Position numbers and translations under genes: made by a program. From NCBI GenBank assembly GCA_040954595.2, contig CM082577.2, positions 5,444,301-5,508,300 on the forward strand: a stretch of 64,000 nt of DNA, in the 5' to 3' direction. The notes beneath the pieces are model-generated. The model was not told where the DNA came from, searched no databases, and worked only from the letters and a program-made list of their open reading frames with translations. Positions within the stretch are counted from its first letter, which is position 1. Every line of letters starts with the position of its first letter. Shown one piece after another: positions 48,601 to 61,767 of this stretch. The stretch is from Balanoglossus misakiensis. Taxonomy: Eukaryota; Animalia; Hemichordata.

Positions 48601-51600
48601 CAGAACTTTACATTTAATGATTATCAAAGTAGTTTGGGGGCCATTTTTTCTGGTTTAGAGCACTATTTCGAACAACCCAGATCACTGAAAACATACCTGC
48701 GCACAAGTGGACTCTTCCAAAGTAGCCTGTTCCACAGATGACGGAAACCACACCGCAGTCTTACAATCGGGGTAGCCGGTACAACTCAACATCAGACCGC
48801 CAGATTTCTTGGGTTTGATAACCATGGCTTTGTTGCAGAGTGGGCAGGGTCTAACTGGCATTGATATGTTGCTCTGTTGTATCTCTAAACCAAGGAGGGA
48901 AAAATATTAAACTGATTTACCCAGACACTGACCAAACATAACTAGCACTCATTCTTTGCTTTGAATAAGTCTACCACTTTCAGAAAGAGAGACACACACA
49001 CACAAACTACACACATACAGACACGCAAGGTAACCTACCATCGGCTGTGTATTGCTGTGCCTCACCAAAATACTCAGACAATGCTGCATCTAATCTGTTC
49101 GCCTGATATAACGTCAAAGGAAAATAAAATTAATAGAGCAGATACACATCTATTACAAATATACCAGGTCCAAAATATCAATGGATGAATTGCACCTGAC
49201 AAGAATTCTAGCGTACATGTAAAGTGAACAACTAACTTTGCACGGTCTCCACATCTCTTGGTGTAGACTTCGGTTTTCATCAAAGCGTACTCAATTCCTA
49301 CCTACCTTTTCGACAGCTTCTATGAAAACCCTCTTGTACTTCTCGACCTGATGTCTGAGAACTGTGTCTTTATCTTTTCTTCCCTGACAGATTCTGGAAA
49401 TCACGCAAGAGAATCAGGTTGATATTCATGGTATGGACATAAAGTTACACAGTGATAAAGAAGGAAAACAGATGGGAATTTGAAGATCTTCCAGAGTTGA
49501 TCTTTTCCACGACAGCTGATAGAGAAATTGCCATATGCCCATCTGACTAATGGTCCAATGGTGGGACAGAAAGATGAAGGAAGCTATCTACACATCAAAA
49601 CATACTTTGTCCGAGTATTACGACTTACTCAACAAGCTCTGCTTCAAACCCAGCTCTGAGATCCGGCTTGGCTAACTCATACCCCATGTTGTTGTACCCA
49701 TCCACCAATCCGATGCCCAGTTCGCCCGGCACAAATCTGCTGTCGTTGGTCAAACCGACGTAGTTGCGACTCTTGATGGTGTCGATGTGATCGGCGTGAG
49801 TGGCATCAGTGCCTGTCAGGTGCGAAGAGGTCAACATTTGAGATTAACTGAGATTATCCAAGCTGATCAGTGGGAATTTAGGCGCAAAGAGACTACCAGC
49901 CCATTAGTTTGAACTGCATTGTGAGAACCAGTCCAACGGGCACAACCGTCAATGTTTGCTTTATCTCAGCAGATCAACAGAAAATTGGTCTTCTTCACGA
50001 ACTGTGTTCACCACTCACCTATGCCATGTTTCTCCATCAAGGATATCAAATCAGATTCCGTCAGTAGAGGTGGGGGTGTGGTCTCGCCTTCCACCATCTG
50101 CAAAATACATCAAAGAACAGTCACTCACTGACAGTGTTGCTAGGGGTGAAAGCAACAACTAAAATATCATGGAGGCATAACTCCTGGTATTGATCAAAAT
50201 TGATGTCATGAAGTATTTACACAGTATATGTCCATACGTGTATTGCTTTACTGTCTGCACGTGGTATTCATGAAACTTAACCTTCTCAGCATAGAAATGC
50301 TGTTAAATTAAACCCTTCGACTCCATGTGCAGAAGAACGCTTCTGAATGACATCACAGGTCACCACAGGGTCAGGGGGCAAAGGTGACCTGCATGGAAAT
50401 GAATTAAAGTGCCACTAACTCATAATAATCTGATGGAAATATACTGGAACCAAGCATAATCATATCTTAACTGACTAACTTACCTCAATGCCAGTGGGTT
50501 GGAACTGTTCTCCTTGCTGGAAGACCGGGATAACTTTGGCATTCCATTTGTCATACGGGTATACGTCCAAGTAATTCCTGGCTATGATCATGAGTCCCTG
50601 CACTGAAAACCTTTCCTCTGCTATGTCTATTTCCACTGAGGTCTCACTGCCTTGAGCATCCTAGACAACCAATAAATGTTGGGACAAAAATGAAATCAGA
50701 TTAAAATGGTACATTTTCCTGTCATTATGGGATGATGGTCATCAACAACAAAGAGATGATGGTACACACTGACTGACCGTTAAGAAACATAGCTCAATGT
50801 ATAAAGTCATAGAGGTAATACTAAACCACTGAAAATTGGTCAAACAATTGGTATACGACAGTCTGTATGTAACTGTAAAGCAGGGAATCCTAACAACAAA
50901 ATCACTGCTTTATACCTGTGAACAGCACGCTAGAAAGTGCCTGACAATCAGTTCATACACCCGGCTCTCATTCCCGGACAATGTGTTGGTGTACTTGATG
51001 GGATGAATTGGAGGATGGGCGTTATCTGTCTTCTTTCCCTGTCTGGGATTCGGTCCATGTTGCAAAATTCCAGCGGCAAATGCTGAGGAGGTAACAGAGT
51101 ATTTATATGCCAGTTATGCAACATCATACGTGTTGCCTTTTGTATTTCACACTGCAGGGGAATCATTCACAACATAGCACCATTCGCCCCCCCCCCCCCC
51201 CCCTACTAATGTTGTACTTACTCTTAGCCAACCATTTCCCAACCTTTGTCAAATCCAGGATGTATGCAGAGTTACTTAGCAAAGTTGTCAAACGTTTAAA
51301 AATTGTGCACTAGCATTTATGACTTATAGTGCTGTCTTGCTGTCTTGTCTTCTTACCTACCTCCCCAGTTTGCATCAACTGTCTGCTGCTCTATCAAGGG
51401 TCTCAGGTCGAGCTCCTTGGGGAAAATATTCGTCTCTGTACGAGGATAACTGATAAACCTGTGCAGAAAGGGGAGAAAATTACAGTGAAATGCTCACAAC
51501 AGATTTTCTGTCCTTATGGTAGATCTGCATGGTGTAAATGAATGTGGGGAGACTGCTACGGTAAATCTTTATTTTCGTGAATGTATCTACAGTCTCCTGC

Positions 51601-54600
51601 TTTGACAGCAAACACGCCATAATAATAATATTGATTTCTTATAGCACATTACATAATACATGTACATCTCAATGTGCTTTAACGTTTATATTATGTCACA
51701 CTTACCCCTGTGTATACAACTTTTCTGCTATTTTCATTGTGTCTTTGGCAGTAATGCGAAGCTTTCTGGATGCAAGTTTTTCCATTTCCTGCAAAAAAAT
51801 ATACGGTAAATCAGATTTACGCTGCCATAGGCTGCAGTCTGCAATACTGCAAACCATGGTGGAAATAAGATTAAATTATGGAGTAACCACACTTACCACT
51901 GTATCCATTGGAGTGGGTCTCCATCTACTCTTGGGTCTAGTTTTCACTTCAACCACTGTGGCTGTCGGATTCTGTCAAAATCAATATGGAAAATCGATCA
52001 AACTTCAGACTTAATATTACAAAATGTTGTCACAAAATGTTGATTACACTAACTTTCACTTTACGCAAAAGCAGAGCTTCATGGACTTAACACAATCATA
52101 TTTATTATTATGTGTACACTCACCTCCATACATATCTGATAGAACACTAAGCATGCTGTGTGATCAAACAACCTGTGTCTTTTCCAGTTGAAATCAACAG
52201 TGCCTTCATCGGTATTGTGGGTCACTGTAAACAAAAACAGGGCTGAGTTAGCATGGGTTTGACAGGCATGAAGTCTGAAATGGTGAACAGCACTATTTTT
52301 CCTGAATCACCTTGCATTTCAACATAATGAATGTGAATTTGCAATCCTCATATCTGACAATATCCATAAAAGGCATTAAATATAGCTAACCATAATGTAC
52401 GGTGATGAAAAATCTCTATGACTGGGTGTGTGTGTGTGTGTGACATGCATTGATATTTGACGTGTCTTTACCTTTTATTTTATAGAAAGTCTCTGGGATG
52501 AAACTTTTCACTTGCTTATATCGTTCCACAACGAAACCCAGAGTCGGAAACTGGCAAGAGCCAAAGCTGATCAAGCTGTCCGCCAGAAATTCTGGGAAAA
52601 CTTTCTTCAATCTCAGAGTTTGAAATCTCGTGAATGCAGCACCTGAAGGAGAAACAAAACAATTTTCCTTGTATAAGATAGCTGACACAATTAGCTTGAT
52701 CAGTATTCAGTATCTGCTGCTAGTGTCAGCTGTATGAAAGCCTGCCACAGATGTCACGGATACTTCCTATCTAGCCAATCACATTCATGGATACTGGCAA
52801 TCTAGCCAATCAGAGTTTCACTTGGGTGGCCGCGTGGAAAACTCAGACACTGACCCCTTTTCAGAAGGATTCCTTCATCTCTAGATCACTCGTGCTGTTG
52901 CATTCTTTTTCAGACAAATCAGAATGGTGAAAAAAAAAAACATTGCAAGCCACAAATCAGTACCTGTTCTGAGATCCAGTTCTTGTCGAACATCCACTGC
53001 GTCTGATACCCTTCTATCAGGCGGACCAAGATTACTACAAGCATTACTAATGGACCTAAAATAGATACAGGCAGCCATTTTAGGTTTACCAGTGTTCACC
53101 AAAGGAAATGTTAAAACTACAGCATTGTAATAGAAAGTCCTGTGAAAGAACAATCCAAATTTTTGTTGTCAGAAGTTTTCAGAAGTTCTAAGAGTAAAAC
53201 CTCATGATTCTTACCTGGGTGTTATTTCAGAAAATCTTGCTCGGTACACTTGTAATCTTGCATTTACTGAAAGTGAATGATAATATCGACAATGACGTCT
53301 CCACATACTAACACTGACACTGTTCTTCGGAAATTACAGAAACATAGCCCCCTTTCATCAGCTATCACTTGGCCAAATTACACATCTCCAGGGACATTCC
53401 AGTATGATAGACCATTCATATCATTCACCCGGACGGCTATATCAGCCCCTCCACAAAGTTTTACTGAACCAGCCATGGAGATGAGTAATTTACCCCGGTA
53501 AATTGATGTAGCAGTCATTCTTTAATATCAAATAACTCCAGAATATTGAGACATTGGTGTGGCAAGTATATTACTACTTTGGCTACACGGTGTCAAGTTT
53601 CCCAAAACAACTTATTTTTATTCTTGACCGCCTTACCATTCATACAGGTATCAATAATTTCATATCCTATATTTTCTCCCTCTCTGTCACCATCAGTCCA
53701 TATGATCAAAATTTGGCATTGTCTGGCTTCTCGCTCCAAAGTCCTCTGAAAGTGGAGAAAAAGAAGCACAGTAAAGCATTAGCCTTCGGGAAACAGACAT
53801 TCCCTTGGATGGGGAGATAGTCTGGTGCTGTTACCCTCACGACCAGTCAATATACGTACAACAGTGACCCGGTCTCAAGCCAGTGCTTTCTGAATACTGT
53901 ATCTCTAGTGTTTTATTATTTGAGCATTTTTCTTGCTATGAAGATAAGGTGAAAAATGTTTAAGAATGCTATACAAAAATGTATTCCTGTTACTATGACT
54001 ACACTGATACCACGGTTACTAGAAGAAGACGGTTAGGAAACTCTATTGTTCGGAAGGTGTGAACGAGGTGTTAGCTAGGAGAGTCCATGTCCGAACCGCT
54101 ATGTGGGGTTGTATTGGGGAACGTAGCTAATTTTTGAACCCCTTCATCTGCCCTTTTTCGTCAGAGTACAGCGCCACTTTTTTTTTGTACGAGTTCCATA
54201 TAGGCTTATGGAGTGCACGGTCATAGTCTGTTGGGCTTGCGACACTCTACCATTGTTTCTTGGGTGGTTAACTTAAAATCCAGATTCAAATAGCGTCGAA
54301 TTTTGAACCCCTAGAATTCAACCCTGATGGTCGCATTTCTGTTTTTTTTAATATATTTAGATATTTTACACCTTTTTGTATTGCATGGGCTATTTCGTTT
54401 ATTCCAATTGGAATATTTCGTTGAGATTGCATACCCATTTCGATACAGTCGTTAACATTATCGATATAGCCTTTGGCGGCCATCTTGTTTGTTTTGGTTC
54501 GCATCGAATCTCTAGGGCACAGTCAAGACAAAGAATGTATGGCTTCATCATGTCCTTGAAAGTTCAAAATTGTCATAAATGTGCTGTGACTTTATAAATT

Positions 54601-55403
54601 ATCCACTCTCTGTTCTGTTTTCCTCAAATCTGGTGGTATACGTACTGTGCGTGCAAGCAATTCCGTAAACATGAGTATGGTTTGCTTTGGATTGTAGGGG
54701 TAATGACGTCATTTTGACCGAGCGGTCAGTTATTCTGTCTGTTTATTCGTATGGCCAGGCTCGTTAGCACCTGATATCTTTCGTTTACACTAAGTGTTTA
54801 CAGAGGCGAGCATCTAACAATGGAGAAAAAATAGTTTCCTAACCGTCTTCTTCTAGTAACCATGCTGATACACAATTATTGTAACTGCTGTGAAAATCAA
54901 GTGATATCAGTTAACAATACTGCAGACTATATGACCATGCTCTCACCTTGATATTTTGAAAATCCTGCGAACAGTATTTTTCAATGGGAGCATCGAACAA
55001 CATCACAGGGTTACAACCATGCCTGTCAAAATAAGTAAACATAAAAAATGTTTTCTACAAGCATGTCTACCAACTGAACAACTGTCTAATATTACAATAT
55101 CTAAGTTGCATTGATTTTCATTAGCGTTCCACTTACAATAGCATTCATAACCCCGTGGGTGACGATGTCAGTTTCAGTAGAATCCTTTCTTATAATATTG
55201 CACTCACCACTTTCGATAGGTTCCAACAAAGTCATAACCCATGAGGTGTCCTGACACGGACGTCATCGTCATTCTTGCATTTTGATTCAATATATTGAAA
55301 TCCCATTCATAGATTTTGTTGAACTTGGAAAATCCTTCCCTCTGAAAAAAACAATATCACAAAATCTGAGAGGCCATACCAAATGTTTTTGATGATGATG
55401 ATA

Positions 55404-55454
<51 letters not shown>

Positions 55455-55485
55455 GTTGTGGTGATGAGGAGGATGACGACAACGT

Positions 55486-55575
<90 letters not shown>

Positions 55576-55577
55576 CA

Positions 55578-55659
<82 letters not shown>

Positions 55660-55972
55660 CGACATTAGTCATTAGGAGGAGAGATTGAAATGAACAGGTA
55701 TAAAATTGAACATTCCTGGGGTTTGTTTACATTTAATTAATGATTCAGTGATTGTAATCGACAACGGATGGTGTACAGTACGGACATACCCTGCTATAGT
55801 TCCCTCTTGACATTACATCAGCCAATGATTTTGCTGCATCGTTCTTCTCCGCTACGTTCAACACCCGCGTGATTCTTCGAGCCATCGTCAAATGCCACTT
55901 GCGTACGTACCCACAGCAGCACCAGTGGTCAATGGCTTTCACAACGCTATTCGTCGAAAACAGGGCGAACAT
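45654..55972 (-). CDS. TOP3A: DNA topoisomerase III alpha
   Basis: About 25 exons, from 55972-55790 (RVLNVAEKNDAAKSLA) and 55341-55208 (MTSVSGHLM), through IWTDGDREGENIG (~53700), AVDVRQELDLR (~52990), ISFGSCQFPTLGFVVERY (~52550), catalytic ISYPRTET (~51450) and GTDATHADHI (~49800). Then C4 zinc ribbons, a Gly/Arg-rich linker (47959-47638), two GRF zinc fingers (47371-46179), a CCHC knuckle, and last exon 45685-45654 (TGA). Confidence 0.96.
46447..46925. repeat. 32-bp minisatellite (~15 copies) starting at a TOP3A 5' splice site
   Basis: Unit TCATTGGCCAGCTAGGGAGATCACTTACTTAA; on the minus strand each unit carries TTAA|GTAAGT or a close variant. Confidence 0.95.
54011..54864. mobile_element. 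Non-autonomous DNA transposon (P/Galileo-superfamily-like MITE), 854 bp
   Basis: 32-bp TIRs CAYGGTTACTAGAAGAAGACGGTTAGGAAACT (54011-54042, 54833-54864; 31/32 identical). 7-bp direct repeat CTGATAC at 54004-54010 and 54865-54871. No transposase ORF; lies in a TOP3A intron. Confidence 0.88.
55390..55662. repeat. Interrupted (ATG)n trinucleotide microsatellite in TOP3A intron 1
   Basis: Directly visible, ~270 bp. Confidence 0.97.
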
Positions 55973-56346
55973 CGGCGATATTTCTCCCTGATCGTCCGTC
56001 CCTCGGTCTAAGCCATAACTACACTCGTGTTTTTGCTGTTATAAAGTAAAATCACACCCCTTTAGACGATTTATCAGTCACAAATGTGTTGATGCAATGA
56101 TGGTTAGACATTCGAGATAGGCGCCATTATTTTGGTACACATATCCCATGATGCATTTAATGTCGTAAAATATAAGTTTCGCTTCTGAAGTTACTAGAAA
56201 CTGCATCTGCAGCGAACTCTAGTTCTTTTCTCTGAATTTATTGATAGGGTTGTTTAACTCGTTTCTATTACATGAAATGAAATTGATATTTTGTAGTATG
56301 AAAACTTTAGCTCGTTTTGCGACAAAGGGTCTTGCATAAAATCAAA
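55973..56346. promoter_or_regulatory. Bidirectional promoter region TOP3A/UQCC4
   Basis: 374 bp between divergent ATGs; YY1-type AAAATGGCG overlaps the UQCC4 start codon. Confidence 0.65.
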
Positions 56347-57425
56347 ATGGCGTCTCCCATAACTCGTCGAGTGTTGGCGACGATTCCCTGTCGCTTACTG
56401 TCTGGGAATCACAACAGGTATGTCACATAACAATTTTCGATACATTTCCAAAGACGGTAACATATGATTTATGTCGTCATTGAATATGAGACATAATAAC
56501 AAACTGACACTGAATTAATTACACGAAATGTACACCGTGACCTGGCCGAAGAACTAAATACTCGTGTCCGCAAATCAAAACGCCATGTATTTTGGTGTTT
56601 TGATACGTACACATACTACAGTAAAGTATCAACACTTATTTCGGATGAGTTTATCCCATGCCAAAATGTCTGAAGATGTTTTAGTTTAACCTCTGCACAT
56701 CATTGGATCATGATGTACCGCTCTTGTAACAGTGGCGCCCTCTACGGCGTACGATGATTGATAGCATCTGTCTCAGCCGAGTCATTTTGGTTTTTTTTTC
56801 CATTTTAGCAATTTACAATCATTTTTGTAAAAATGAGTTTCCCCATTTGATAATTGTAAAGTGAACAATTCTAATAAGAGATAACTCCTGCTCTTTTGAG
56901 CATTGTAAATCGTGTCCAGACTTTAGTGCTTGTGTCAAAGCCTTAGCTCTTTTGGTTATGTCCTTCTTTAATTCTAATGTACATTGTATTTTGTATTTTG
57001 AGGTTCATGCTCAGCTTTTTTTCTCATTGCGCACTATTAGGCTTGCAGTTTTCTCAAGATTGCATCCACTGGCCCCATCCTCGGCATTTTTGCCAGCTCG
57101 GGTAAAGTCAAGTAGAGGTGTAGAAGAAGAAGTAGACGACGACAACAGACCGATCCAGTATACAAAAAGCGCTGCGTCAAGATGGAAAGTTGATGAAAGC
57201 TTAGGCAGTCGGAAAAAGCAGCCCCTTTGGAAAGTGTGTCTTGTTAGTGGAACTTTTTTACTGTTTCTTCTGTGGGCAGCATTCAGGAAGGAAACTGACG
57301 TTGACAGACAGCTTGAAAAAAATTTAGGACAGGTGTGGGGTGATATGGAAGCACTTCAAAGCCAAGAACAAGGAACCGGAAATGTGGAGGAAGAAGAAGA
57401 AGACACACAAGATGCAGAGGAATGA
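56347..57425 (+). CDS. UQCC4: UQCC4 / CCSMST1 (C16orf91)-like mitochondrial membrane protein
   Basis: Exons 56347-56417 (MASPITRRVLATIPCRLL, presequence-like) and ~57041-57425. PIQYTKSAASRWKVDESLGS, QPLWKV, a hydrophobic helix and RKETDVDRQL match the CCSMST1 family pattern. Confidence 0.8.
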
Positions 57426-58588
57426 CCTCTTTTTGAAACATTTGAATTGGCCGTTTCAGACCAATGAATGGCAAATTCGGATGAAGAAAATCAGGGGAAT
57501 CTGATACCATCTTCAGGGATTCTGGCAAACCCCCGTCAGGATTTTTCAGCCAGCTTCTCTGATTTGTTATGAACATCACGCTGTGCACATTGTATGGCAA
57601 GTCTTCATCAAGTCAAAACTGAACACCCAAGAACTTTCCATACACCCGTCAGATTAGAATCAGAGGTATAGATAAGCGGCGTCTTTCCCTTTCCTTTGCT
57701 TGACATTTGCTGTTTGCTTTCTGTTGCTGCCCTCTGTTTCTACATCTGAACAACTGCTATGGAGAGTATCATCTAAATCTCGTATCGGGCATATTCATCT
57801 GTTTGGCTATTTATAATTTTTGTACATTGTCAGATTGTAGTGTGTAATGCTTGCAGAATTCCAGCTCAAGTGAAATGTTCCAGTGCAATTAAAGGCAATA
57901 CAACAACACATTTTAGTTGCTGACAATGTTATTTGGCCATTGTGTGCTTCAGTCAAAAATGGTCCAAACTAAAGGAAGATGAGAGAACGAAGCAAAGACA
58001 GCCAAAACCAAACCACCTTCAGTATGTACCTCGGCAACCAGATTTGTCAATGATGCCACTCTTAGCTTGCTCCACTGCAAACATTGCACCCTCAATATAA
58101 CAACAGACAACCAAATTGTGTATTCTAAAATGGGACTTTGTTTATTGAAAAGTTGTAATGAAGTTACAATGTTTTGATAGATTGCCTGGAATAACGGGTC
58201 CTGATGAACACTAAAAGTGTGTACTCTGCAATATATGTATGATACAGCTGATGTATACAATAAAAGGACAACACTGAAAGACAAGAGACAAGAAAGAAGA
58301 CAGGACTCTAGGAGGAGTCAGAAATACAACTGAAAACATTCATAAGTTAACAATACAAATTCTTTTAATATAAAATCGGCCAAATTCACTATTGACTACC
58401 TAAAATGGATGACATGTCCACACACAATATAAAATTCTCATCGGGTACCTGTGAGTGAACTTGCTTTTTGTCAATATGATCTTTAAGAAAAGTATGATCT
58501 CTGATCTAAATCTATATTTATCATGATACACCGGATTCGAAAGTTAATTTATCATAAAAGTCAGGGACAAAAACTGGTACAATTCCAC

Positions 58589-59321
<733 letters not shown>

Positions 59322-60308
59322 CTAGAACACCTACAAAATTGGAAATAGACGTAATGTCATATAAGACACAACTAACATTCATAATATCCATTTCAAAAGT
59401 GATGAGGTCAGCACTAAAAAAAACTCACTCAGCATTGTAAACAATTATAAAGTGTACAGGTAAGCAACATTTCTGGGTTGCCATGGCATTGACACCAACA
59501 TGCAATGACAACATGACCCATGTGCAAGTTTCTCGATTAACAGGCACGACTCATGAATTATACATGAACTACCTCCCTCATATGAATAAAATTGCCCTTT
59601 TTGTAACAGACGCCCGTTTGTATGAGCGTTCTTCCCGTCCAAGGGTGAACCCTGACCCTTCGGGTAAAACATTACTATGGATTTCCCCCGACATTTTACA
59701 AACGTGACACTTTCACTAAGCAACACAGGCCCGAACGCCCGCGAAATCTATGCCGGTTGAGAGACGCGCTGCGAAATTGACAACAAAGGAAAACGCTGAG
59801 AATATTAAATGAAGACGCGCGTATCGTTGCATTTGTTCGGCTATTCACTCGAATGCATGGCAGTCAATTACTCGAATATTACATATCTACACTAATCCCG
59901 TGGTCTGACCACCAGTTTAGAAATATGCTAGCAAACCAAATGCCACGGTTGGTTAAATTAAACTGTTCCAGAGAAAATCGATAACGTTCTTCTTGCCGAA
60001 TAATTACGCGCGAAAAAAAAAACGTTCGGCATACACCACACAATCAACGCGCCGACCTTGAAATAAAGGACGCTTTCAGTACCGGAGAACGTTAGTCGAC
60101 AACGGACATATCTCATAAAATAACCCGAATACCCGGCATATACTGCCGAAATAGCACTTCACGCAAGTCCAAGCTTACTTATATGTACACACAGGTACCT
60201 TCCATTTGTTATTATCTGTATTCTTACCTTTTTCGGAGGTAGAGGTAGCACAACTAACAACACACAACAGTTCCAAAAATGTCAGCTTGAATCTTCAATT
60301 TCCTGGTG

Positions 60309-60488
60309 TATATATAGTTTTGATGACGTCACAAGGTGTGTTCCGCCACAAGGCTTCTATCCATTGGCTCATTCGCGTACACTCAAGAGAAAGTGACTGT
60401 CATTGGACAATTTTATTCATTCGTTGATTGGGTAAATTCGCCGAATTATCTGGGTCTTGATTGGTCACAAATGGAGCATCATGATTGG
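60309..60488 (-). promoter_or_regulatory. H3.3 promoter: TATA, CRE and five CCAAT boxes
   Basis: TATATATA 60309-60316, TGACGTCA 60324-60331, ATTGG at 60363, 60402, 60427, 60460, 60484; all upstream of the non-coding first exon ending at the donor near 60228. Confidence 0.75.
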
Positions 60489-60708
60489 CTACAATGACCA
60501 GAGCCAGAATCCCGATTTTGCACTTAGCTCAGCCACCAAGTCAACGCAGCGTACCGTACGACTACACACCAGGCAAATCAACGGGAAAACGCGACGGCAA
60601 CCCGGCTGTACAGAAAGTGGCGAGGTCGTTCGATACCAGGCACTCCGGGCAGTGCTTCGGAAAAGACATACCAATTAAATTCATTGAGTTAGAGTGTAAT
60701 CAATTCAA

Positions 60709-61087
60709 GATTCTTATAAGAAAATTTTATTCTTATTTCTGATAAGAAACTTATAAGATTCTAATATTAGAATAAGAATTTCTTAATAAGATTCTTATAA
60801 GAATAAGAATTTCTTAATAAGATTCTTATAAGAATAAGAATTTCTTATAAGAAATAAGAAATTCTTATTTCATTTAAGAAATTCTTATTCTTATAAGAAT
60901 AAGAATATATATAAGAATTTCTTATAAGAAATAAGAAATTCTTATAAGAAATTCCTTATAAGTTTTGTTAAAAATCTTATGCGAATAAGAATCTTATAAG
61001 AAGTCAACTGATGAATTCTTATAAACTTCTTATACGATTCCTTTTCTTACAAGAATCTTATAGGAATCTTATAAACTTATAAGAATC
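60709..61087. repeat. AT-rich array of the palindromic word TTCTTATAAGAA and its half-sites
   Basis: Built almost entirely of ATAAGAA/TTCTTAT; ends GATTCTTATAAG and CTTATAAGAATC are reverse complements. Confidence 0.85.
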
Positions 61088-61300
61088 TGATAATTTAGAA
61101 GTTCTGGAATTGAAAAAATAAACACGGAACAAAGTGGCCTCCTTGCAGCCATACTTGATTGTTTCTTGAAACAAATTGAGATGAGCATGTATGCCATTGT
61201 GCATGTTTTTGTGTCAAACAATTTTAGTAGGTGCTGACTCGACAAGTCTGAGTAATAGCTACAGATTGACAAACAGATCAAAGGAAGTCATGATGGACAA

Positions 61301-61344
61301 CAATCTGATTAAAATCAGATGTACATCTGATTTTAATCAGATTG
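61301..61344. repeat. Perfect 44-bp palindrome
   Basis: CAATCTGATTAAAATCAGATGT|ACATCTGATTTTAATCAGATTG. Confidence 0.95.
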
Positions 61345-61767
61345 GATGGAAAACAGGCTGAACAGCGGTTGCAAATGACCAACAGACAGGGGCAGCGATG
61401 GTCATGTATGTCCAGGGGCATAAAAAAACACCAAGTTCTCACTCAAGATATTAATGAACACACTTTATTTCAAATCACACACATAAAACGGCTGAAGACA
61501 ATGAGACAATAAAAAACAAGATTTCATCGTAAATGTAAAACGTACTATATACTGCTGTAATTTGGCCGACTACCCCAAATTAAGAGAATATCACGAATCA
61601 AATCACAATTGTGCTATGATTGCCTTGTAATGGTGACATCTTTTCAAATTAATGAAACATGCCTATAGCTAAAAAAAATTGAGTGACTATAACATTTGAT
61701 CACGCACTTTATTTCGCAAAATGTACACAACAATAAGTATATTTTAATCAGATTGTGAATTTGTGAT

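Noticed and set aside
55307-55688. Poly-Met, poly-Ile and poly-Ser ORFs
   Set aside because: Frames of an intronic (ATG)n tract.
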